From positions 2,356,001 to 2,420,000 of the forward strand of contig AP026164.1 of NCBI GenBank assembly GCA_030295235.1: a stretch of DNA of 64,000 bases. The letters are read 5' to 3'. This document shows positions 12,474-24,103 of the stretch, one piece after another. The stretch's first letter is position 1, and the number at the start of each line of letters is the position of its first letter. The notes beneath the pieces are model-generated. The model was not told the DNA's origin. It did not search any database and saw only the letters and a list, made by a program, of their open reading frames with translations. The position numbers and the translations under genes are program-made. This DNA is from Fistulifera solaris (lineage: Eukaryota).

Positions 12474-13230
12474 AAGAGTGCGGGAAAGAATAAATAGAGA
12501 GAAAGCGATACAATTACCAGTGTGCTCTCTTTGCAACACAACGAATGATGACAAGCAAAGAAAAAAAAATGAAACGGGAAAAATTGTGGTAATGATAAAG
12601 TCCCACCGGTCCGGACGGAAGAAGGGAAGACCATCTTACTTTTACCTACCTACTTTGTACTCGGAGTATTACCCAACGTGTCCTTCTACGTGTAGGCGGT
12701 ATTTCACCACGACTGAATTTCAGTCATGAATCAATATTTTCAAAAGCCACTTTTTATGGTCACTACGTTCCGACTGTGGGACGCAATGTGTGAAGTTATT
12801 GCCTTCGCTTCCTCAAGAAGCATTTGCAATGCATGCCTTGATTCATCATGTCAAAATGCTTTGCAGATCGTTGACTGCAGTATTTACTATAGATTCAAAG
12901 TGAAGGCGACCTTTCACCACGACTGCATTTTAGCCATGAATCACAAATACGTTACCTAGCCTTTGTGCATTCGGCTAGCCTGGAAACCTACCTTTGTCAT
13001 TAAGAAAATACAAATACTTTCCGCAGCGTTTGCAACGCACGCACCGTTTCATCATGTCGAATGTTGTGTAGATGACCTATGGCCTCGCACTTCGGCTAGA
13101 CCAAGTTATTTTTTAAATATACAAGAAAACAAACTCCCAACACGTCCCCAATATCATTTACTACACAGATGTACAAGCTCTACGCAACAAGTTCCCCGAG
13201 TTGCGAGTCGGAAGCCTTCTTCGTCCGTAA

Positions 13231-14904
13231 TCATGCCAAAAGAGCCAAGACATCCTTCGGGAAACCGTGCTTCTTGGCAATGGCATAGGGTGCCTTACCC
13301 TTGATCTCCATGTTCTTGGAGGCTGGATATTTCTCGACAAGAAAAGCAATTGTTTCTTTGGGTGTCGTTTCCACGGCGAGCGCAACATGTAAAGGTAATT
13401 TTCCCTTGCCGTCAGCCTTTTTCACAATGTCTTTGTTTCGTTCGACAAGAAATTTTATGACGGCAAAAGGTAACTCATGGAAGAGGGCCAGATGTAGCGC
13501 TGTGGCTCCTGACTTGGTTTGTGTCGTACAAACGTCGGCATGAGACGACGGAGCTAGTTCTCGAATGACAGCAAGATCGGCACCCTCTCGACAAGCAATG
13601 TGCAATGGCCGATTTCCTTGATCATCTTCCATATAAAGAGCTTCCGGGCACCTTTTGGCCAAGAAATGAATAATTACCGGAGTTGTCTCACTCCAAGCAG
13701 CAGTATGTAAAGGTGTTCTTTTGTTCAATCCAGCACTCAGCAACGAATCTGGATGCTGCTTGTATAAGAAGCGCACCATACCCTCTTCCCCGTGGAAAGC
13801 ACAGGCATAATGCAACGGACTGCCCAAACCATCATCAATGTCTTTGATAGCCTCTTTATTTGCTGCATAACATATAACTACGGTTTTTTGGTTCCCCCCA
13901 GAGCACAGATCAACGACAATGGATACACCAGGCTCTTCTTGCCTTTTACAATAAAATCCACCTCTAATTTCTCTTTCGCCAACCACGGATTCTTTTCCAG
14001 TGCACTCCGCGTCTTGGCGTCATCATAGTTTTTCTTCTCCTTTTTCTTTTCGGATTCCAATTGATCTGCGCAAAGAACTCCTTCCTTACTTTGGCCTTGT
14101 CTTCCTTTTTCATCTTACTCTTCTTCTTTTTCTCCTTACTTTCTCCTTCTTCCGGTGCATCGTCCGACAAAGTGTTGATGGTCAAAACGGAAATCGAAGA
14201 ATGAGCGCGTCCAGGGGCTTTGCGGGTGGGAACACTGGTCGGAACAATTTTCGTGGGCGACTTGCGTACGGCGACCCGAATTTTTTTGGGCTTTTCACCG
14301 GAGTCGAAAGACGAATCGAGTCATCACTGTCACTTTCACTGTCAGATTCAATGAGCCCCTTTTTCCTTAAGCGATCTTGAAATTTCGTCGACATGTTGAA
14401 GGTTTTGATGCGGCTGGCAATACTCATATCATCATCTTCGTCCGCGACGTGCAGCCACTCGGCGTCACTTTCGTTCAACTCGGGCAAATCAGAATGCGTA
14501 AAGACGGAATGACTGGCATAACTCGCATCGTCGGGATTGATTGTCACGTATCTCGTTTTGTAGGGATTATCGGGATCCGGTTCGAGTTTTTTCAATTCTT
14601 CTTCGGAAATGCCGTATTGATTGAGACGCGATGCCGTACCGGTCACAATCAAATCCGAGAAACTCCCCGAGCCTTGATCTATAAATCCGTCGTCGAAATC
14701 ACCATTTCTTCCTGGAATAGGACAAGGACTGTTCAGCGATCGAAGACTGGCATTCAGTGACGCGATGGACGACACCGATCGCAGTGAAGAAACGGACGCG
14801 TTTGAGACTTCTTTGGGAGCAGTCTTTTTCTTGGATGTCTTTGAATCACTTTCGGAACTCTTCGTCTTGGATGATATCGATTTCTTTTTAGTCTTCTCGC
14901 TCAT
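13231..14904 (-). CDS. Ankyrin-repeat protein with Ser/Lys-rich N-terminus
   Basis: Ankyrin motifs GSPLHYAC, RTPLHTAA, NRPLHIAC, ATALHLAL, KLPLHVAL; ORFs 14182-14904, 13964-14185, 13878-14060 and 13231-13986 joined by frameshifts. Confidence 0.75.
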
Positions 14905-15527
14905 CGTTTCAATTGTTACAACAATAGCATGTGAATTAAGAGGACGAAAGGATGGTCGACAACGAGGGATGCGCGAAGTTTGAATTTTGTAGTGGTAAAA
15001 CGTAAAGCACGATCCAGTCATCGTGCTTTTTTCGTCACATCCACCACAGGGTCAGCAGAGACACACTAAAACGCTGTGCTGTGTGCTGTGTGTTGTCTAG
15101 GTTGAATGTGGATTCCAAGGTCTGTCTAAGTACAAGTTAAGTTTACGTTTCAGATTTAACATATACATTGTCCCAACTAATTTTTTCTCGACAAAATGAC
15201 TTTTATCCGAACAAACCTCGACAAAAAAATTTCACTGTGGCATATGTTGACATGCGATAGCTGGGAAGTGTTGGATACCGGAAAGACATGAGGGATGACG
15301 TTTCATTCGCTTGGAATAGCACTCCTCCTCTCGCCGTCTCGTCTGCGCCGTTTGTGTTGACAATGCATACCAGGTACTGTAGCACTTCATGTTTCATGGT
15401 TAATAGTGTCCCAGTTTCGGTTCTTGTCGGGTTATTCGCACTGGAAGCTCCATTTCATTACTTTCGTTCTCGCAAGATTCTTGCTCGCCAGCGCGCAAGC
15501 AGTCCTGCATAGAATAGATTTAAGAAC

Positions 15528-16685
15528 ATGAGCAGCCAGGATCCCCACATCAATGATCCTCTTCCTCCGGGCTGGTCTCGTGGTTTCTCCAATTCTCAAA
15601 AACGAACATTTTATTTCCATTCCGAAACCAAACACACGCAATGGCATTTTCCTACGGCTTCCGAGGCCAAAGATCCCATGAAAGCTCTCGAACGAGCCAA
15701 CGCCAACAAGGAGCGAGAGAAACGAAAAGCCGCCGCGGCTCTGGCGGCTCCGCCCGAAGCCAAACGACCTCGCAGTGATGATAGTGTCAGCGACAATTTA
15801 CTCGAGGACTTGGATACGAGCTCCGTTGCTATCATTGTTCCCTTCCGTGATTTGCATGCGGCGCAGAAACGAGCCGCGCATTTGCAACAATTCATTCCGC
15901 ATATGGTGCAATTTCTAGGTAATTTGAAAAAAGACGGAAAGATTTCCAACTATCACATCTACATCATTGAACAATCGGAAGATCAGCGCAAATTCAATCG
16001 CGGAAAGTTACTCAATATTGGTTTTGATGTAGCGCGGAAAGCGGCTGCCCGGAAACATGATGTGTTTGTTTTTCACGATGTCGATCTTTTGCCGGATGCC
16101 GACCTCGGTGACTGGTATGCGAAATTTCCCAAACGGCCCATTCACATTGCGCGTGTTTGGAAACGCTATTCCAATAATCCCAAGTACTTTGGTGGAGCCG
16201 TCAGTTTTTCGTCGTCCGACTACAAACGAATCAACGGGGTACGTACAATCTATTGTTGGATCTTCGCTAAACTGCGTTATCCGACCATTCCGACCATTCC
16301 TAAATCCTTTTGATACGAACAGTATCCCAACAACTATTGGGGTTGGGGTGGAGAAGATGACGAGATGCAACGTCGTTTAGAAAGACTTGGTATCACTTTT
16401 GAAGCTCCTACGCGAGGTAGCCTCAAAGATTTGGAAGACATGACGCTGACAGAAAAACTAGATTTCCTTCGATCCAATAAAGCATGGAAAAACAATGTGA
16501 AATGGGAACTCAATGACGAACACGAGAAAACGTGGAAAACGAATGGATTAGCTGACCTTAAATATTCTGTCTTGAAGACGACCGAATTGGACGGCGGAAA
16601 CAACCATGCCAGCAAGATCACAGTAGATGTCAAGCTAAATGGCAATCACTGGACGAACGATAAGGTTTCGGTAGATTTAATCTAG
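15528..16685 (+). CDS. WW-domain + GT7 beta-1,4-galactosyltransferase-like protein
   Basis: WW: LPPGWSRGFSNSQKRTFYFHSETKHTQWHFP; GT7: AIIVPFRD, FNRGKLLNIGF, FHDVDLLP, YFGGAV, ING|YPNNYWGWGGEDDE across intron 16239-16322. Confidence 0.9.
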
Positions 16686-16794
16686 TAGAACTCAGATAAG
16701 CCAGAGTACGACGCAGATACCCAATCACTTGACAATTAAGCGACTCATTCTTTTACTTTGAATTTATGTGATTATAGGACTTAAATCGTTTGGG

Positions 16795-19582
16795 CTATGA
16801 TGGTTCAGTTGGGATTTGAATGGACTTGTAATATACTCGGGCAAAATCGATGAATGATATCTTCCCACCACGTTCCGAGTCAGCCAAGTCCATCCATTTA
16901 GCAAGCTCGTCGTCGTTGACGGGCCCATCCCTCGATAACCGCAGCATTACGTCACCAAGCTTTTTTTACCTCAATGAACTGCTCACCGTTCACTTCTGGG
17001 AGGGATGTAAAAACGTCGTATAAGTTGATCAAACTTTTTCTTGAACAATTGAATTCTTCTGTAAGATCATTTAACCGATCGTCGGGTAACCCAGGAATCG
17101 TGGCCTCAAGGGTCATTGATGAGAGCAAGTCGCGTTGAGACGATATCATCGGCCGCAGTCTTGCTATATCTTTTTCGCGGATAGCACCTAGCAGCACGGC
17201 AAATCGAAGTGCGCTTTCGGTTCGTTCGCTGACGACATCCGTCGCCCCTGCCTCCAACAGCTCGGTCTTCCCGAGAAGTTGGCCACTCACAGCGCGAGCA
17301 TAAATGGGCGTTCCTGCCGGCAGCCATTCTCGAAGACGTTCCGTCGCATCTAAACGCTTTGCTTCAGACCGAAACGCTATTACTACTCCTTTTGGGGATT
17401 TAATTCCAGCTGCTCTAAGCAAATCTGGCGAAGCAGCATCCCCGAAAACAACATTGTCACCGGATAATAGACCTGCAGCAACTCTTGATGGATTCAAGTC
17501 GAATGCAACAACACCGCCATTTCTTGTAGCCCCAGAAGCTTTCAAGACAGCAAACATTTTTCTTCCGAACTCGGTGTAGCCACAAATGACTATTGCATCC
17601 GGTGCAATATCCGCGGCAGGGCCAACCGCGTCTCCTTCGCCTGACGGGACTGTCAATGCACTTGCAAGTAGCCCCTTCTCCAGTCCAGCCAACCATTCTT
17701 CTTTCGATATGGTCCCATCGCCATTCGTGTCAAAAGCCACGAAAAACTCAGCAATCGAAATATAGCTGAGTCCACGTTCCACCAGAGCTGATCGCAGCTC
17801 TTCAAAGTCTATCGTTCCTGAGTCATCAGTGTCAATACTAGCGAACAGTTCCATAGCCTCTGCTAACGGAACCCCACCGTCAGCCCCCCTCACTGCTTTG
17901 GTCGAGTCTGTCGAGATATTCTCCGGTTATTTGTGCGATTTCGCCGAGGAAGGGCGTTAATGCCATAGAAATGATGACGGTGGCTACCAAAAATTTGTAC
18001 AGCTCGGTGGGCAAAACTCCCAAGTCTCGGGCAAGATTGAAGAGTACCAACGAAAATTCCCCTCCACCAGAAAGAGTAATAGCAACTCGTGCGGCCTGGG
18101 CCCGCGTTCGTCCCAAAGGAAGAGATGCGCCGTAAAGAACGATAGCTTTTGCCGCAATGAACATTGTAATACCGATAATCAGAGTCGGGAGATCTTCCAA
18201 CACCACTGCTGGTCTACGCTGGCTCCCGCCGTCATGAAGAAGATACCTAATAAGATGCCTTCAAATGGGCGCACATCTGCCTTGATTTGCGCTCGGTATC
18301 GGTTATTGGCCAGCAGCACACCCGCGGCAAAAGCACCGGTGGTAGCCGAAAGTCCTAAGAAGTCCGCCGCCTGTCCCATACCCAAAGCGACCAAAAGGGC
18401 CGCGGCGACGAAAGTCTCGGTCGACCGCGCCGCCGCCACGGCATCAAACACGTATCGCAACAAAACAGAACCAATGTACAGAACCGCCCCAAATCCAACA
18501 GTAGCTTTCGCTGCCAGAATACCCAACTCCGTCCCGGATTGAGGTCCGGAACCTGCCACGAGCGGCAACAACACCAACAGCGGTGCCACGGCCAAATCTT
18601 GCAGCAGCAATACCGAGAAAGCCGCAATGCCTTCGGTTTTCTCTTTCCATCCCTTCTCGGCCAACACCGGGAGAACGAATGCGGACGACGAGAGCGCACC
18701 AGCGGACGCAATACAAAAGGCCAATGTCGGGGATTCAAAAATCTGTTCTATGTAATCGTCCATTTGCAAGATCGGCGCAACGTACTGCAAAATAATAGGC
18801 TCGAGCAAGAGCAAGCCAAAAAAGAAGATGGACATGGAAACCAGTATTTGCGCAACTCCCAGTGTTCCGAACGCACCCAATCGTTTGAGTCGTTCGGGTG
18901 ATAGATTGAGACCTTCGCTGAATAGTAGAAAGAGAATACCGATATCACCCAACTCGAAGGCGGCCTCTTTGTTGGCAAACGCATCCAAACAATACGGACC
19001 CATGAAATAGCCGGCCGCAATAAAGCCGAGGACGGGCGTAACACGAAAATATTTGGCCAGGGGAACGACGGCTACGGTGGCCGCCAGAAAGATTAATATA
19101 TCTTGACCGAGACTTTCGAGCGCATCTTTGGTGACAACATCATGCATGGCTCCATTGTTGTCATGAAGTACAGCCGCGTCGGGGTGGTCGACAAAACCAC
19201 ATCACTGGCCGTGGCTAATCCTTGACTGATGGTGTGTACGACGCTTTGTGTAATTGAAACCGTGTCGGGTCCCAGCCGATCCACAAAGGGCGGTAACATA
19301 GTTGCACTGGCTTGTAGAAAAGTCGTTGCCGCATCGAGAAAACTGTCTGGTGAGAAAATATGCAGTTTGGTGGTTACTTTCCGTATTTTCTTGTCCCGAG
19401 ACTCCAAAACATGGTTCCTTTTTTCTTCCATATTGCGATCCTCGCGTGCTAAACGCGTCACACGACAGAATTTGGAGAGCCAGAAGTAAACAAAAGGTGA
19501 AGTAGTGTCTCCGTCGCGTTTTCCAATGTTGAACCTCCTTTGCTCTAAGGTTATTATGATAGTAATAATAATATGAAACCAT
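16795..19582 (-). CDS. KEA3: Plastid K+/H+ antiporter (CPA2, KEA3-like) with EF-hands and KTN/RCK domain
   Basis: Signal + CDA|FS plastid motif; CPA2 motifs LSSSAFVL, LLLQDLAV, LGIFFMTAG, GGEFSLV; EF-hands DTDDSGTIDFEE and DTNGDGTISKEE; VVFGDA in the KTN domain; several frameshifts; start codon uncertain. Confidence 0.82.
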
Positions 19583-20187
19583 TGGTTCTTCGATTGCCGT
19601 AGCTCTTTCAATGTTTTTCTTTGAATAACAAGAAAGAGATGCGCAGGTGGAAGGCCTTCTCGATTCTATTAAAAGAATAATGGTTCTTCCCGAAGGGTTG
19701 CCACACGGTTTTCATCACAGACACATCGCCGCGAGAAATATACACGCTGACGATTTTGGCTTTTTTGCGTTGTTTCGGCTTCGTTGTTGTCTCGGGTCGA
19801 GACTCGAGACAGCTGTTCTCGCGTAGGTGGCGAATGGCGAACTTACGAAGGTTGAGGTTCAAAGGTTGCCGATGATGACGATGACGTCTTTCTAGAACGA
19901 CTCACTCCTCAATGACTGAGCGAGGAGTCCTGGGTCGCTGCGTCTGTCCGTTCACCCCTATCGTTTTCGTCGGCGCGTTTCTTCTAGTAGATTTTGTACA
20001 GGCTTCTACTTGTACACAAGAACTATCAATATTTTCTGGTACCAGCTCTACGTGAAACCGGCTTGGTGGCAACTTTCATCGCAATGGCGACGCTGTGTGA
20101 ATTGCCCTCACAATCCTTTGTGATCCTTGTATTTTCAACGAACTCATTGCAAACAAACAAACAAACAAACAAACAATCATCGTAATC

Positions 20188-20269
20188 ATGTCTGGAAAAG
20201 GTAAGCACTGTTGTAGATATGGCTTGCACACGTATCGTGACGCTTTGATATCGATTTCTGACACTCGCG

Positions 20270-20321
<52 letters not shown>

Positions 20322-20722
20322 TTTGCAGATAAAGGAGGCAAAGGCAAGGGTAAGGGCGGCCGTGGCGAAAAGAAATCTACAAGCTCTTCCACCAAAGCCG
20401 GTTTGCAATTCCCCGTCGGTCGTATCGGACGTTATTTGCGTCAAGGAAAGTACGCCACTCGTATGGGTGCCGGTGCCCCCGTATATCTCGCGGCCGTTCT
20501 CGAATATTTGTGCGCCGAAATTTTGGAATTGTCGGGCAATGCGGCGCGTGACAACAAAAAGACGCGTATTGTACCCCGTCACATTACCTTGGCCGTCAAA
20601 AATGATGAAGAATTGAACAAATTGTTGGGTGGAGTCACCATTGCCTCGGAGGTGTATTGCCCAACATTCACGCTGTTCTGTTGCCCAAAAAGGTCAAGCC
20701 GTCGGCGTCGCAAAACTACTAA
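20188..20722 (+). CDS. H2AX: Histone H2A, H2A.X-like (C-terminal SQNY)
   Basis: MSGK, intron 20201-20328, [45 protein letters not shown] after restoring one G near 20648. Confidence 0.9.
20272..20321. repeat. (ATC)n microsatellite in H2A intron
   Basis: About 16 perfect ATC units directly before the tttgcag acceptor. Confidence 0.92.
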
Positions 20723-20916
20723 AAGAAAAATAATGGGTGGAAAGAACATCATGACTTCACAACCGTTCGTTCTTTTCCAATCGCACAGCTACAGTACTAC
20801 TAGGTCGTTCCTTGGGGAATGCAGGAGTATTTCATGGGTAGTTGGGTCGGTGTAAAGTAATATATCACATTCATATATCTCTATTTATGACTTTGGTTTC
20901 GCCTTATTCTTTTGCT

Positions 20917-22750
20917 TCATGGCAAGTTCGGCTTTTTGTTTCGCTGCAAGCAAAGCAGCCAGCCTGTGGCGGATGCGAGTCACATCCCCTGCACCGAATA
21001 GGCCAAGAATCCCAACAACACATGAAACTTGGCCTCCTTGTCGTCGGCGGTTCGGCTCAAATCACAAACCAGAGGACGCGAGTGAGCGACTGGCTCGCTC
21101 TCCGAAACGTCCGAATCATCATCACCACCATCGGGTACCAAACTGAGTAAATTATCAAAGCCACACCACACTCGACTTTTGGCAAATAGTCGTTGACGAT
21201 CCAAAAAATCCAAATAGTGTTCGACATCCGCATGGGTCAAATGAACAAAATGACATTCATTCCAAGGTATGTTCACCTTGCCCGAAAGACGAAACGACCA
21301 GGACATCCATTCCGCATCCATCAAACACGCCATGGCAACAATGGCCAAAAAGTCTTCTGTGCGACTGAAATAATCCAACGATATTCCCGGCCACGGTGCC
21401 GTGCCCTCGAGTCCCAACAAACCCAACGATCGCGTCAAAATCACGGGTGGCAAATTCGCTTGCGCCACCAGGAATGTCAACATGGTAGGAATCGCCGGCA
21501 CCGAATGAAAAATGACTTCTTGATGCGTCTCCGACCAATTGTCAAGGGTTTTCATTTGACACGCCGCCGCTAACCAAGTCGCCAAATCTTCCAACGTCCG
21601 CGGCCGTGGCGCACACGAAACGGAAAAGAAGGATGACAAGAAGGCTACTTTTCTTTGCAAGTGCGGCGGCAACCAATCCCATGCCCTCAAGAATGGACTC
21701 TGCGCCATCCACTGACACGCTTGAAAACTGGTAATACCCCGTTTGGAGCAAGCCAACCACAAAATCGCCATTATCAAATCCATCGATGGTTCGATGCGCA
21801 AGGCCGCTCGTTTGTAATCGGATCGTTCCCCCAAGGACGCAATCAATCGCTCCATGGTGACTTTCTTTTGGTCGATTTGGTATTCGGGGGTAGTGGACGT
21901 TTTCGAGTCGTCGCTTGGGTGGCTGTTGGGTTGGGAACTGTCGCGGCTTGAGCGTTTGTTTGCTGATCCTTAGTGTCACTTTTGTCGTTCGATTCGTCAT
22001 CGTCTTCTTGTTTGATACTAGTTGTTGCCCTATGCTTTCGTTCCTCGGCCAACTGCTCCTCGACTTTGCGTTTCGACCAGTACGCGAGATTGGCCATGAC
22101 CAACCCTCGTGTCGACGATGGTAAAAACAAATCACGAAAGGAAAATCGCCACACGGGGAATTTTTCGCCCAATATTTGGGCCCCTTTTTTCCACGCACAC
22201 AAATAGCGCAACCACAACTGTTGGACCCGTTGTAAATAATCGTGGCGATCTCGGACGGTGTGCATTTGCAGAACTTGCAAAGCAAACAATCGAGCGGCTT
22301 CCATCAATACATAACTCATGGCTTCCAAACATACTTCTAAATTAGGCAAGGGCTGCGATTGATCCAATTCTTCCAATGGTCGTTTTTTTGTAAGTTGCTG
22401 ACGGCTACCACTACCACCATAACTCGGCCGCATCGCTTTCAAGGCCATTCCACGACGGGCCGCCAAGACGTGAATGTCATCTTCATCGACTTCCTGTGTT
22501 AGATTCCTTTGAGATTGGGTAAAACACGACGTACACACGTCTTGTCCGCTGGTCGGATCGTGATACGCATCGGTACTTCCACAATGTTCGCATTGAAAGA
22601 TGACATGATGTTGTTGACGGAATGGACCAGGTGCGATGCTAATGATGATGATTCGCGGCCAACTTTGACAACAGCGTCATCACCATCATTATCATCATCA
22701 TTATTATCGTCGTCTTCTTCTTCTTCCCACCAGTTGAATGAGGAAGACAT
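20917..22750 (-). CDS. RRN7/TAF1B-like RNA polymerase I initiation factor (TFIIB-like)
   Basis: Zn ribbon CEHCGSTDAYHDPTSGQDVCTSCFTQSQ after a frameshift, later MAILWLACSKRGITSFQACQWM..PFL resembling the RRN7 cyclin-fold motif; several frameshifts. Confidence 0.55.
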
Positions 22751-23256
22751 ACGACTACTATGTTTAGAAAGAGAAACGAAAGTACTTTGAAGTGAATTGG
22801 AGCTTGCGTTATTGTCATTCCTCAAGTATCACAAAGAAAAATACGTAGTAATTTTTTTTTGTTTTTTTTTGTGATGGTTGTCGCAATTTGATTTTCTGCG
22901 CGGATCGGTCATGACGACTGACTCAGGACTCCATTGCAGTCCTGGCGAAAAACGGACAACACTTTAGGCTATATATATACAAGAAGTGGACTGATACTTT
23001 GCCAGCGCGAAAACGTCTTCTTCGATCATTTCACACAAAATGCCATAGTAGTACTTTTGTGCAGGGTGCCACTTCGTTCGTAAAATATTACAGTACCTGG
23101 TACGGAGTATTCCGTAAAAACACAAACCGAACGAAAACGGTGGCAGATGGCATTACCAGTATTATTATTATTATCGTTGTTGCATTATTTATTTATTTTT
23201 TAGAAACGAACAAAAGAAAAGAGCTGTCTGTGGGTAGAAGGAGACGAACGATCATC

Positions 23257-23260
<4 letters not shown>

Positions 23261-23302
<42 letters not shown>
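23261..23302. repeat. (AG)n microsatellite
   Basis: About 20 AG units. Confidence 0.92.
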
Positions 23303-23306
<4 letters not shown>

Positions 23307-23358
23307 TCGGCTCTTCCGCGACTACTCTCAATAGTATATACTTTCTCCTCACAATAAT

Positions 23359-24002
23359 ATGCCCACCGACGACGATGACGACGAAAATGACGGGTGGCCT
23401 CGCAAACCACCCTGCAACATCTCTTTTTTCTGTCCTTGTTGGGGAACATCAATCGATAATAATAACAAATCACGACATGTTCGATTTGCGGAACCAATAA
23501 CCATGTCAGAGGAGGATGATGATGATGATTCTTGTGGTAAGGCGAATCTTCATATTCTTGGATGTAATTTTCTTTTTGTATCTCATCGTCTAAAATTCTA
23601 TCGTATTCTACTCTACTACATGCAGATAAGATGATTCCATCAATCTACGACGACGACGACGACGACGAAGCAGAATTTTTGTTTCAAGAATCTTATCAAA
23701 CGAATGCTGAACTATTCGCGTCGTTAGAACATGATTATTCCATGTTGGATCGAATTCTAGGTCCATTTCGTGCAAAGTCCCAAAAACAAATTATTGTTTT
23801 GGAAGAAATCATTCGGTTGTTTTTGTTTGTGATCTTATTGCGGTGGAAAGAAGAACCCGAGCGTCTCTCCGCACTGCAACAATCGAACGAGACGACCAAG
23901 ACTACAAAAACAAGGATCCTGTCAACCATACGACAACTCCAACAAATTCTACTCTGTAGCAGTATTATTTCCTTTTTAATATTCAATTTTTGTATCTTAT
24001 AA
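23359..24002 (+). CDS. Hypothetical acidic membrane protein
   Basis: ATG ORF with a HVRF motif, probable intron ~23537-23625, hydrophobic C-terminal segments; no family recognised. Confidence 0.35.
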
Positions 24003-24103
24003 TACTGGTTTTAGCGTCCTGAAGGATAACATTTTTGTTGGCACTCTTGTATCTCATCATGTTCTTGGCTCATAAATAGACGACTGCATGCACTTCAACG
24101 TGA

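Noticed and set aside
20076..20616. Poly-Met and poly-Ile ORFs
   Set aside because: Translations of the intronic (ATC)n microsatellite
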